Assembly: GCA_951406725.2 (NCBI GenBank)
Contig: OX597836.1
Span: forward strand, 38,068,001 to 38,132,000
Origin: Octopus vulgaris
Taxonomy: Eukaryota
Reading direction: 5' to 3'
Length of the DNA stretch: 64,000 bases
Below are positions 54,301 to 64,000 of this stretch, piece by piece. The translations under genes and the position numbers were made by a program. The notes beneath the pieces are model-generated. The model was given only the letters and a program-made list of their open reading frames with translations. It ran no database searches and was not told the origin of the DNA. Position 1 is the first letter of the stretch. Each line of letters begins with the position of its first letter.

Positions 54301-57300
54301 TGTCTTTGCTATATATGTGAGTTGTGTATTTCTCGTTCAATGTTTTCGCAAGTTGTCTAATATGGAAATTTGAAACGAATGTTCGGATGCTTCTTCCAGT
54401 GAATGTTAGATGTTGAATGCCTGCAATTTCTCCGTATATAATTGAGTGTTCTTTTGTTTTCTTTTGTCAATATGGAAAGCGATTTTCCATGCAACACTGT
54501 CGCTGCAGGATTCGACATCATTTCGGTTAAAGTGTATGTGATAACATTTGTTTGTTGTTGTTCTGATAGTTCCTGTCATGTTTCGTCTTCAATTGTTGAT
54601 ACTCTGTTGTGAACCAGTTTTGAGGTAGTTGTGATGAAATATCTTGTTTTGTTTTGTGAGTTTTCAGATGTTTGTATTTTCGGAACTGTTTTTGTGCATA
54701 AGTACATGTAGTGTAAAATTGTAACTTTGCGTCATTGAAATAGTTTTGAAATAGTATTGTAGATATATGTGTTGGCCGTGTATTACTGGATAGGTGATAA
54801 GTTATCCTAATGTTCTCCAGGTGATTGTGGTGCTACAGAATCTGACATCATCTTCATTTTGGACTCATCAACTAGTGTCCAAGAAGAAAACTTCAAGAAA
54901 ATGCTAAATTTCATTGTTGATTTTGTGTCTGCTGCTTCCATTGACAATGGCAATGTTCGAATCGGTGCAGTCCTTTACAGTTCAGACGTGAAAATCCAAT
55001 TCCATTTGAATGCTTTCCAAACAAAGCAAGAAGTAATCGATGCAGTCCTCCAAATTCCATATGTTTACGGCAGTACAAACACTTACGGCGGGCTTAACAC
55101 CATGCGGACTGTAATGTTTACGACAGAGAATGGTGACAGGCCGTCCGTTCCCAATATTGCCATTCTGCTCACCGACGGCGTATCGAACGTCAATGCTTAC
55201 GACACTATTCCAGAAGCAAAGAAAGTGAGAGAGGATGGCATCCACATATATGCTATTGGTATTGGTCTCAGTGACACTACAGAATTGAGCCAGATTTCCT
55301 CATTACCTGTTGACGAAAACATGTTTATTGTGACTGACTTCAACGAACTGTCGAATCTGAAAGAAAGAATATTTGAGCAATATTGCCCAGGTATAGCAAT
55401 TAGCATGTGATTACAAAACGAAGTTGTATTGTAAAGCATTACTAATCAATGATATAATCTCAGCTATTCTACAAAGATATATTTAACACCATCTCCTACT
55501 GTGTTACTTTCAAGTCTGAGCTTCAGTTAACGTTTTGTGCAAGTATTTACCATTGACGTTTCTAATGACGCTAACAATCTCTCGTAATGTGAATTGTTTT
55601 TAGCAACATACCTTTTGTTGCCTTCTGTTGTCTATCTTCATTTCCAACGACTCACACCCTTAATGGAAAGATTGTATGTTTGATATTGCTGTGTTAAGTG
55701 GAAGTAATTATGAATAAGTAAATAACATGTTTTATAAATGGTGATAATCGAGTAGGAAGTTTCCTTCCGAATCTCTCTTACTAATATACCCATATGTTAC
55801 TAGATAAACAACATTTCTTTGTGTCTTTATGAAAATAATGCTGTTAATGTACTAATGCTGTTGGTATTTGCTTCTCCTTCCTCAATATTCTTATTTCTTT
55901 CAAATGTGATATACAGTTCATGTTTTTACTACATCTAAATCATATTGCCCTTCCTAATATATTTTAACTACACTTGACATAATTACAATGATTTTTCTAA
56001 TGTTTATAATTGTGTTGTCGAATGTAACATTGATTACTGGATGAAAGCTTGTAGAACTTCAGGATATTATAGAAAATCCACTTGCAATGGTCTACAATAA
56101 TACGTTTACTAATTATAAGCGTTTAAGTTGATATGTACCAGCTCCTATCTTAATTTATATACTTTGAAATTATTTTTGTTTCCACTACTAATGACGTTGA
56201 TTAAACTTAACGACTGAAATCTTACCAATTTCTTCTTATCTAACATATCATATTCCTTGTATAGTTTTGAAAAGACTCTAACATTTCATTCATATAATTT
56301 GAGATAATGAATATTGTATTGCGTTATTTTCAAGAACCTACTCTACTTTCAAGAGATGTGTATTTCGTACATAGTTTATGTATTTGTGAAAAGCTTAATT
56401 CAATCTGACAACGCATGTCGTCTGAGAAAGTGTGGCGTAATGCATTATTTCCTATACAGGCAACTTGTTGTATACCTATCGTGTAACATATATGTTTTCT
56501 CTACATTTATACATGAATACAAAGATACATACATCCATATATATATGAATAGCTAGCTAGATATATATATAAGTTCCAGTGTAGGTATGCATTTACTCAC
56601 ATGTGTATATATCTTGTCAGTATATTGGCGTATATCTGTATAGATATATGTACATGTGCATAAATATGTTTTCCAATATGCTGAAATGCATTTTTTTACG
56701 TGTATTTACGTCTAGATAAGTATGCTTCTATTTACGTGCAAATGTGGGGTGAGTGATTCATTGTCAGATAGATAAACTCATGTACAGGTGTGTGCTTGAT
56801 AGTTGGAGTGTGAGAGAGCATTACACTTGCATTCAATATAGATATATATGGGAGTATTACTAAGTTTTGTGATTATTTTTCCTTGGAAGGAGGGCAACCA
56901 AAACCTACTAGACAGCCACCTATAATTGAGATGACGACAAAGAGAGGTGAGACATTAAGAAACCCTTTATTGCCTTTTAGTAAACGTATATGCTGACATC
57001 CATCTTATTCTCATCACGTTTGATATCAATGTGTAGCAAAGATTTTAATAGCCAATGTACAACCAGTAAGGATTTACTTTCTACATAAAGATAGTAGGTG
57101 TGAATTGTTGTATAGATTTTCCATATGTTTTCATTCAGAGAATTATTACAAGCAGTGATTCTCACTATTCATTGAGAGAAGATAGTAATGTGGAGTAAAG
57201 TATATTGTTTGTGTGTGTGTGTAGAAAGAAGACTTGACAACAGATGTTTGTACATGGAACAGTAAATGTTAATTTTATTTCTCGCAGTTGTGGAGAAAAC

Positions 57301-60300
57301 TCCGGCACCTGCCATTACATTACCAACAAAGGGTAAGGCTCTCGTACTGCTCAACATATTCTTTGTTAATAGAGTGTTGTAGATTTGTATGTGTTCATGT
57401 TGTTGGTGGGCGTACATGTTTACATGTTAAAGGGTATTGTTATTGACGAGAATTATGTTGGTTATCAGAGAAACTCAGTGCTTTTGTCTATATGTGTATT
57501 GATTTTTAGACATTTGTCTTTGCTATATATGTGAGTTGTGTATTTCTCGTTCAATGTTTTCGCAAGTTGTCTAATATGGAAATTTGAAACGAATGTTCGG
57601 ATGCTTCTTCCAGTGAATGTTAGATGTTGAATGCCTGCAATTTCTCCGTATATAATTGAGTGTTCTTTTGTTTTCTTTTGTCAATATGGAAAGCGATTTT
57701 CCATGCAACACTGTCGCTGCAGGATTCGACATCATTTCGGTTAAAGTGTATGTGATAACATTTGTTTGTTGTTGTTCTGATAGTTCCTGTCATGTTTCGT
57801 CTTCAATTGTTGATACTCTGTTGTGAACCAGTTTTGAGGTAGTTGTGATGAAATATCTTGTTTTGTTTTGTGAGTTTTCAGATGTTTGTATTTTCGGAAC
57901 TGTTTTTGTGCATAAGTACATGTAGTGTAAAATTGTAACTTTGCGTCATTGAAATAGTTTTGAAATAGTATTGTAGATATATGTGTTGGCCGTGTATTAC
58001 TGGATAGGTGATAAGTTATCCTAATGTTCTCCAGGTGATTGTGGTGCTACAGAATCTGACATCATCTTCATTTTGGACTCATCAACTAGTGTCCAAGAAG
58101 AAAACTTCAAGAAAATGCTAAATTTCATTGTTGATTTTGTGTCTGCTGCTTCCATTGACAATGGCAATGTTCGAATCGGTGCAGTCCTTTACAGTTCAGA
58201 CGTGAAAATCCAATTCCATTTGAATGCTTTCCAAACAAAGCAAGAAGTAATCGATGCAGTCCTCCAAATTCCATATGTTTACGGCAGTACAAACACTTAC
58301 GGCGGGCTTAACACCATGCGGACTGTAATGTTTACGACAGAGAATGGTGACAGGCCGTCCGTTCCCAATATTGCCATTCTGCTCACCGACGGCGTATCGA
58401 ACGTCAATGCTTACGACACTATTCCAGAAGCAAAGAAAGTGAGAGAGGATGGCATCCACATATATGCTATTGGTATTGGTCTCAGTGACACTACAGAATT
58501 GAGCCAGATTTCCTCATTACCTGTTGACGAAAACATGTTTATTGTGACTGACTTCAACGAACTGTCGAATCTGAAAGAAAAAATATTTGAGCAATATTGC
58601 CCAGGTATAGCAATTAGCATGTGATTACAAAACGAAGTTGTATTGTAAAGCATTACTAATCAATGATATAATCTCAGCTATTCTACAAAGATATATTTAA
58701 CACCATCTCCTACCTCGTTACTTTCAAGTCTGAGCTTTAGTTAATGTTTTGTGCAAGTATTTACCATTGACGTTTCTAACGACGCTAACAATCTCTCGTA
58801 ATGTGAATTGTTTTTAGCAACATACCTTTTGTTGCCTTCTGTTGTCTATCTTCATTTCCAACGACTCACACCCTTAATGGAAAGATTGTATGTTTGATAT
58901 TGCTGTGTTAAGTGGAAGTAATTATGAATAAGTAAATAACATGTTTTATAAATGGTGATAATCGAGTAGGAAGTTTCCTTCCGAATCTCTCTTACTAATA
59001 TACCCATATGTTACTAGATAAACAACATTTCTTTGTGTCTTTATGAAAATAATGCTGTTAATGTACTAATGCTGTTGGTATTTGCTTCTCCTTCCTCAAT
59101 ATTCTTATTTCTTTCAAATGTGATATACAGTTCATGTTTTTACTACATCTAAATCATATTGCCCTTCCTAATATATTTTAACTACACTTGACATAATTAC
59201 AATGATTTTTCTAATGTTTATAATTGTGTTGTCGAATGTAACATTGATTACTGGATGAAAGCTTGTAGAACTTCAGGATATTATAGAAAATCCACTTGCA
59301 ATGGTCTACAATAATACGTTTACTAATTATAAGCGTTTAAGTTGATATGTACCAGCTCCTATCTTAATTTATATACTTTGAAATTATTTTTGTTTCCACT
59401 ACTAATGACGTTGATTAAACTTAACGACTGAAATCTTACCAATTTCTTCTTATCTAACATATAATATTCCTTGTATAGTTTTGAAAAGACTCTAACATTT
59501 CATTCATATAATTTGAGATAATGAATATTGTATTGCGTTATTTTCAAGAACCTACTCTACTTTCAAGAGATGTGTATTTCGTACATAGTTTATGTATTTG
59601 TGAAAAGCTTAATTCAATCTGACAACGCATGTAGTCTGAGAAAGTGTGGCGTAATGCATTATTTCCTATACAGGCAACTTGTTGTATACCTATCGTGTAA
59701 TATATATGTTTTCTCTACATTTATACATGAATACAAAGATACATACATCCATATATATATATGAATAGCTAGCTAGATATATATATAAGTTCCAGTGTTG
59801 GTATGCATTTACTCACATGTGTATATATCTTGTCAGTATATTGGCGTATATCTGTATAGATATATGTACATGTGCTTGTGCATAAATATGTTTTCCAATA
59901 TGCTGAAATGCATTTTTTAACGTGTATTTACGTCTAGATAAGTATGCTTCTATTTACGTGCAAATGTGGGGTGAGTGATTCATTGTCAGATAGATAAACT
60001 CATGTACAGGTGTGTGCTTGATAGTTGGAGTGTGAGAGAGCATTACACATGCATTCAATATAGATATATATGGGAGTATTACTAAGTTTTGTGATTATTT
60101 TTCCTTGGAAGGAGGGCAACCAGAACCTACTAGACAGCCACCTATAATTGAGATGACGACAAAGAGAGGTGAGACATTAAGAAACCCTTTATTGCCTTTT
60201 AGTAAACGTATATGCTGACATCCATCTTATTCTCATCACGTTTGATATCAATGTGTAGCAAAGATTTTAATAGCCAATGTACAACCAGTAAGGATTTACT

Positions 60301-63300
60301 TTCTACATAAAGATAGTAGGTGTGAATTGTTATATAGATTTTTCCATATGTTTTCATACAAAGAATTATTACAAGCAGTGATTCTCACTATTCATTGAGA
60401 GAAGATAGTAATGTGGAGTAAAGTGTATTGTTTGTGTGTGTGTGTACAAAGAAGACTTGACAACAGATGTTTGTACATGGAACAGTAAATGTTAATTTTG
60501 TTTCTCGCAGTTGTGGAGAAAACTCCGGCACCTGCCATTACATTACCAACAAAGGGTAAGGCTCTCGTACTGCTCAACATATTCTTTGTTAATAGAGTGT
60601 TGTAGATTTGTATGTGTTCATGTTGTTGGTGGGCGTACATGTTTACATGTTATAGGGTATTGTTATTGCCGAGAATTATGTTGGTTATCAGAGAAACTCA
60701 GTGCTTTTGTCTATATGTGTATTGATTTTTAGACATTTGTCTTTGCTATATATGTGAGTTTTGTATTTCTCGTTCAGTGTTTTCGCAAGTTGTCTAATAT
60801 GGAAATTTCAAACGAATGTTCGGATGCTTCTTCCAGTGAATGTTAGATGTTGAATGCCTGCAATTTCTTCGTATATAATTGAGTGTTCTTTTGTTTTCTT
60901 TTGTCAATATGGAACGCGATTTTCCATGCAACACTGTCGCTGCAGGATTCGACATCGTTTCGGTTGAAGTGTATGTGATAACATTTGTTTGTTGTTGTTC
61001 TGATAGTTCCTGTCATGTTTCGTCTTCAATTGTTGATACTCTGTTGTGAACCAGTTTTGAGGTAGTTGTGATGAAATATCTTGTTTTGTTTTGTGAGTTT
61101 TCAGATGTTTGTTTTTTCGGAACTGTTTTTGTGCATAAGTACATGTAGTGTAAAATTGTAACTTTGCGTCATTGAAATAGTTTTGAAATAGTATTGTAGA
61201 TATATGTGTTGGCCGTGTATTACTGGATAGGTGATAAGTTATCCTAATGTTCTCCAGGTGATTGTGGTGCTACAGAATCTGACATCATCTTCATTTTGGA
61301 CTCATCAACTAGTGTCCAAGAAGAAAACTTCAAGAAAATGCTAAATTTCATTGTTGATTTTGTGTCTGCTGCTTCCATTGACAATGGCAATGTTCGAATC
61401 GGTGCAGTCCTTTACAGTTCAGACGTGAAAATCCAATTCCATTTGAATGCTTTCCAAACAAAGCAAGAAGTAATCGATGCAGTCCTCCAAATTCCATATG
61501 TTTACGGCAGTACAAACACTTACGGCGGGCTTAACACCATGCGGACTGTAATGTTCACGACAGAGAATGGTGACAGGCCGTCCGTTCCCAATATTGCCAT
61601 TCTGCTCACCGACGGCGTATCGAACGTCAATGCTTACGACACTATTCCAGAAGCAAAGAAAGTGAGAGAGGATGGCATCCACATATATGCTATTGGTATT
61701 GGTCTCAGTGACACTACAGAATTGAGCCAGATTTCCTCATTACCTGTTGACGAAAACATGTTTATTGTGACTGACTTCAACGAACTGTCGAATCTGAAAG
61801 AAAGAATATTTGAGCAATATTGCCCAGGTATAGCAATTAGCATGTGATTACAAAACGAAGTTGTATTGTAAAGCATTACTAATCAATGATATAATCTCAG
61901 CTATTCTACAAAGATATATTTAACACCATCTCCTACCTCGTTACTTTCAAGTCTGAGCTTCAGTTAACGTTTTGTGCAAGTATTTACCATTGACGTTTCT
62001 AACGACGCTAACAATCTCTCGTAATGTGAATTGTTTTTAGCAACATACCTTTTGTTGCCTTCTGTTGTCTATCTTCATTTCCAACGACTCACACCCTTAA
62101 TGGAAAGATTGTATGTTTGATATTGCTGTGTTAAGTGGAAGTAATTATGAATAAGTAAATAACATGTTTTATAAATGGTGATAATCGAGTAGGAAGTTTC
62201 CTTCCGAATCTCTCTTACTAATATACCCATATGTTACTAGATAAACAACATTTCTTTGTGTCTTTATGAAAATAATGCTGTTAATGTACTAATGCTGTTG
62301 GTATTTGCTTCTCCTTCCTCAATATTCTTATTTCTTTCAAATGTGATATACAGTTCATGTTTTTACTACATCTAAATCATATTGCCCTTCCTAATATATT
62401 TTAACTACACTTGACATAATTACAATGATTTTTCTAATGTTTATAATTGTGTTGTCGAATGTAACATTGATTACTGGATGAAAGCTTGTAGAACTTCAGG
62501 ATATTATAGAAAATCCACTTGCAATGGTCTACAATAATACGTTTACTAATTATAAGCGTTTAAGTTGATATGTACCAGCTCCTATCTTAATTTATATACT
62601 TTGAAATTATTTTTGTTTCCACTACTAATGACGTTGATTAAACTTAACGACTGAAATCTTACCAATTTCTTCTTATCTAACATATAATATTCCTTGTATA
62701 GTTTTGAAAAGGCTCTAACATTTCATTCATATAATTTGAGATAATGAATATTGTATTGCGTTATTTTCAAGAACCTACTCTACTTTCAAGAGATGTGTAT
62801 TTCGTACATAGTTTATGTATTTGTGAAAAGCTTAATTCAATCTGACAACGCATGTAGTCTGAGAAAGTGTGGCGTAATGCATTATTTCCTATACAGGCAA
62901 CTTGTTGTATACCTATCGTGTAATATATATGTTTTCTCTACATTTATACATGAATACAAAGATACATACATCCATATATATATATATGAATAGCTAGCTA
63001 GATATATATATAAGTTCCAGTGTAGGTATGCATTTACTCACATGTGTATATATCTTGTCAGTATATTGGCGTATATCTGTATGGATATATGTACATGTGC
63101 ATGTGCATAAATATGTTTTCCAATATGCTGAAATGCATTTTCTTACGTGTATTTACGTCTAGATAAGTATGCTTCTATTTACGTGCAAATGTGGGGTGAG
63201 TGATTCATTGTCAGATAGATAAACTCATGTACAGGTGTGTGCTTGATAGTTGGAGTGTGAGAGAGCATTACACTTGCATTCAATATAGATATATATGGGA

Positions 63301-63779
63301 GTATTACTAAGTTTTGTGATTATTTTTCCTTGGAAGGAGGGCAACCAGAACCTACTAGACAGCCACCTATAATTGAGATGACGACAAAGAGAGGTGAGAC
63401 ATTAAGAAACCCTTTATTGCCTTTTAGTAAACGTATATGCTGACATCCATCTTATTCTCATCACGTTTGATATCAATGTGTAGCAAAGATTTTAATAGCC
63501 AATTGACAACCAGTAAGGATTTACTTTCTACATAAAGATAGTAGGTGTGAATTGTTGTATAGATTTTCCATATGTTTTCATTCAGAGAATTATTACAAGC
63601 AGTGATTCTCACTATTCATTGAGAGAAGATAGTAATGTGGAGTAAAGTGTATTGTTTGTGTGTGTGTGTACAAAGAAGACTTGACAACTGCTGTTTGAAC
63701 ATGGAACAGTAAATGTTAATTTTGTTTCTCGCAGTTGTGGAGAAAACTCCGGCACCTGCCATTACTTTACCAACAAAGG
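919..63779 (+). CDS. Internal part of a giant multi-exon poly-VWA extracellular protein gene (collagen VI/matrilin-like VWA domains), 24 intact VWA exons plus linker micro-exons
   Basis: All VWA exons are 570 nt, AG/GT-bounded and phase 1-1; micro-exons are 39, 45 or 57 nt and phase 1-1, so they join in frame. VWA motifs: DIVFVLDSSTS (MIDAS DxSxS), GSTNT, ITDG/LTDG, IYAIGIG. No ATG/signal peptide exon or stop-containing terminal exon seen. Confidence 0.88.
1205..1774 (+). CDS. VWA exon A1
   Basis: tttttgtttAG|gtcgttgc...tgtcccg|GTacgt; 570 nt; (G)RCNTAESDIVFVLDSSTS...FESYCP. Confidence 0.93.
3050..3619 (+). CDS. VWA exon A2
   Basis: Same protein and splice sites as A1. Confidence 0.93.
4896..5465 (+). 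CDS. VWA exon A3
   Basis: Same protein and splice sites as A1. Confidence 0.93.
6742..7311 (+). CDS. VWA exon A4
   Basis: Same protein and splice sites as A1. Confidence 0.93.
8588..9157 (+). CDS. VWA exon A5
   Basis: Same protein and splice sites as A1. Confidence 0.93.
10434..11003 (+). CDS. VWA exon A6
   Basis: Same protein and splice sites as A1. Confidence 0.93.
12280..12849 (+). CDS. VWA exon A7
   Basis: Same protein and splice sites as A1. Confidence 0.93.
14126..14695 (+). CDS. VWA exon A8
   Basis: Same protein and splice sites as A1. Confidence 0.93.
15972..16541 (+). CDS. VWA exon A9
   Basis: Same protein and splice sites as A1. Confidence 0.93.
17826..18395 (+). CDS. VWA exon A10
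   Basis: Same protein and splice sites as A1. Confidence 0.93.
19672..20241 (+). CDS. VWA exon A11
   Basis: Same protein and splice sites as A1. Confidence 0.93.
21526..22095 (+). CDS. VWA exon A12
   Basis: Same protein as A1; synonymous AAA>AAG at 21998. Confidence 0.93.
23373..23942 (+). CDS. VWA exon A13
   Basis: Same protein and splice sites as A1. Confidence 0.93.
25218..25787 (+). CDS. VWA exon A14
   Basis: Same protein as A1; synonymous AAA>AAG at 25690. Confidence 0.93.
27065..27634 (+). CDS. VWA exon A15
   Basis: Same protein as A1; synonymous AAA>AAG at 27537. Confidence 0.93.
28911..29480 (+). CDS. VWA exon A16 (last type-A exon)
   Basis: Same protein and splice sites as A1. 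Confidence 0.93.
30310..30780 (+). mobile_element. Non-LTR retroelement fragment (SINE or LINE 3' end) with (GAT)n tail
   Basis: GC-richer island with internal repeats of tggcacataaaa(g)gca and a 3' end ...ttggcgttaggaagggcatc...catggaaagcggatgttaaa(tga)n; resembles an abundant octopus retroelement 3' end from memory. The 5' boundary is approximate. Confidence 0.7.
32700..32850. repeat. 30-bp minisatellite (gacaaagtaatgttggacgaaaagacattt), ~3 good and ~2 degenerate copies
   Basis: Direct repeats start at 32761, 32791 and 32821, with degenerate copies upstream. Confidence 0.85.
33379..34597 (-). mobile_element. Decayed near full-length mariner (Tc1/mariner) DNA transposon, ~1.22 kb
   Basis: Imperfect ~30-bp TIRs (ttggcttgtggtgtaattcatgagcgtttt vs reverse complement of aaaatgctcatgaattattcctcaactaaa), flanked by TA. 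Minus-strand transposase remnants: WVPHTL, IVTGNEKW, LQHNNTRPH, HPPYS, broken by stops and frameshifts. Confidence 0.92.
35261..35305 (+). CDS. 45-nt linker micro-exon in a degenerate unit, (V)LEKTPAPAIILPTK(G)
   Basis: tttttcgcAG|ttctggag...acaaagg|GTaagg; splice sites intact, frame open, phase 1-1. Confidence 0.6.
35467..35852 (-). mobile_element. tRNA-derived SINE
   Basis: Minus strand begins ggcgcaggagtggctgtgtggtaag...ggttccggattcagtccc (Pol III A/B-box-like head) and has an internal (TA)/(TG) tract. It is absent from homologous introns of other units, with a possible TATAT target duplication. Resembles octopus SINEs from memory. Confidence 0.82.
36331..36363. repeat. (TA)n microsatellite
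   Basis: About 15 perfect TA dinucleotides. Confidence 0.9.
36556..36612 (+). pseudogene. Pseudo-exon copy of the 57-nt linker with an in-frame TGA
   Basis: Homologous to 39690..39746, same length and GTgaga donor; TGA at 36570-36572; acceptor GAG instead of AAG. Confidence 0.6.
36936..36980 (+). CDS. 45-nt linker micro-exon of unit B, (V)VEKTPAPAITLPTK(G)
   Basis: tttctcacAG|ttgtcgag...acaaagg|GTaagg, phase 1-1. Other copies: 40092-40136, 43241-43285, 47636-47680, 50856-50900, 54074-54118, 57288-57332, 60511-60555, 63735-63779. Confidence 0.88.
37658..38227 (+). CDS. VWA exon B1-1
   Basis: tgttctccAG|gtgattgt...tgcccag|GTatag; 570 nt; (G)DCGGTESDIIFILDSSTS...FEQYCP. Confidence 0.93.
39690..39746 (+). 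CDS. Probable 57-nt Pro/Thr-rich linker micro-exon of unit B, (G)GQPEPTRRTPIIETTRKS / (G)GQPEPTRQPPIIEMTTKR
   Basis: ttattttttcgttggaAG|gaggtcaacc...aagagcg|GTgaga; 57 nt, phase 1-1, open in 8 copies (also 42848-42904, 47238-47294, 50458-50514, 53676-53732, 56890-56946, 60112-60168, 63337-63393); synonymous changes between B1 and B2. Confidence 0.68.
40814..41383 (+). CDS. VWA exon B1-2
   Basis: 570 nt, same splice sites as B1-1. Confidence 0.93.
43962..44531 (+). CDS. VWA exon B1-3
   Basis: 570 nt, same splice sites as B1-1. Confidence 0.93.
45587..45750 (+). pseudogene. 5'-deleted VWA exon remnant (REEGIHIYAIGVG...EQYCL)
   Basis: Intron sequence is fused directly to the last ~54 codons of a type-B exon; GT donor retained, normal acceptor lost. 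Confidence 0.85.
48383..48952 (+). CDS. VWA exon B2-1
   Basis: 570 nt, AG/GT-bounded, (G)DCGATESDIIFILDSSTS...FEQYCP. Confidence 0.93.
51603..52172 (+). CDS. VWA exon B2-2
   Basis: Same structure as B2-1. Confidence 0.93.
54821..55390 (+). CDS. VWA exon B2-3
   Basis: Same structure as B2-1. Confidence 0.93.
58035..58604 (+). CDS. VWA exon B2-4
   Basis: Same structure as B2-1. Confidence 0.93.
61258..61827 (+). CDS. VWA exon B2-5
   Basis: Same structure as B2-1. Confidence 0.93.
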
Positions 63780-64000
63780 GTAAGGCTCTTGTACTGCTCA
63801 ACATATTCTTTGTTAATAGAGTGTTGTAGATTTGTATGTGTTCATGTTGTTGGTGGGCGTACATGTTTACATGTTATAGGGTATTGTTATTGACGAGAAT
63901 TATGTTGGTTATCAGAGAAACTCAGTGCTTTTGTCTATATGTGTATTGATTTTTAGACATTTGTCTTTGCTATATATGTCAGTTTTGTATTTCTCGTTCA

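Larger units (their letters stand above)
45751..64000 (+). repeat. Tandem sub-array B2, more than 5.5 units, period ~3220 bp, running off the window end
   Basis: VWA exons at 48383, 51603, 54821, 58035, 61258 (spacing 3220, 3218, 3214, 3223). Confidence 0.96.

Noticed and set aside
1234-61847. Each 183-210 aa ORF as an independent single-exon gene
   Set aside because: They begin at GTG/TTG inside the first beta strand of the domain, lack an ATG and signal peptide, and are bracketed by canonical splice sites giving an exact 570-nt exon.
919-63779. Assigning a gene symbol such as COL6A3 or MATN1
   Set aside because: No Gly-X-Y, EGF or coiled-coil exons are in the window; only VWA family membership is supportable.
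1-64000. CRISPR array or prokaryotic repeat/diversification system
   Set aside because: Repeats are kilobase exon-intron units with no unique spacers and no cas, RT or recombinase genes; the DNA is spliceosomal eukaryotic.

Overview
AT-rich, intron-containing animal genomic DNA, not prokaryotic; two SINE-like elements resemble repeats I recall from octopus genomes, so a cephalopod origin is likely but unproven. The window is best read as the interior of one very large + strand gene built by tandem duplication of exon-intron modules. Each module has a 570-nt phase-1/phase-1 exon encoding a complete von Willebrand factor A (VWA) domain with an intact MIDAS motif and flanking cysteines, plus one or two short phase-1 linker micro-exons. 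Array A (1 to ~30300) has 16 near-identical 1846-bp units (39-nt linker + 570-nt VWA exon = 203 aa). A transition zone (~30300-36900) holds two SINE-like elements, a decayed mariner transposon and degenerate units lacking the VWA exon. Array B (~36900-64000) has 8 intact ~3.15-3.22-kb units in two subfamilies (B1 x3, B2 x5), each with a 45-nt linker, a probable 57-nt linker and the VWA exon, plus one 5'-deleted VWA exon at the B1/B2 boundary. Spliced together, the window encodes 24 intact VWA domains (~4,900-5,000 aa); no start or terminal exon is visible, so the gene continues past both edges. The supplied ORFs are unspliced read-throughs of these exons, antisense shadows, or repeat-derived frames.
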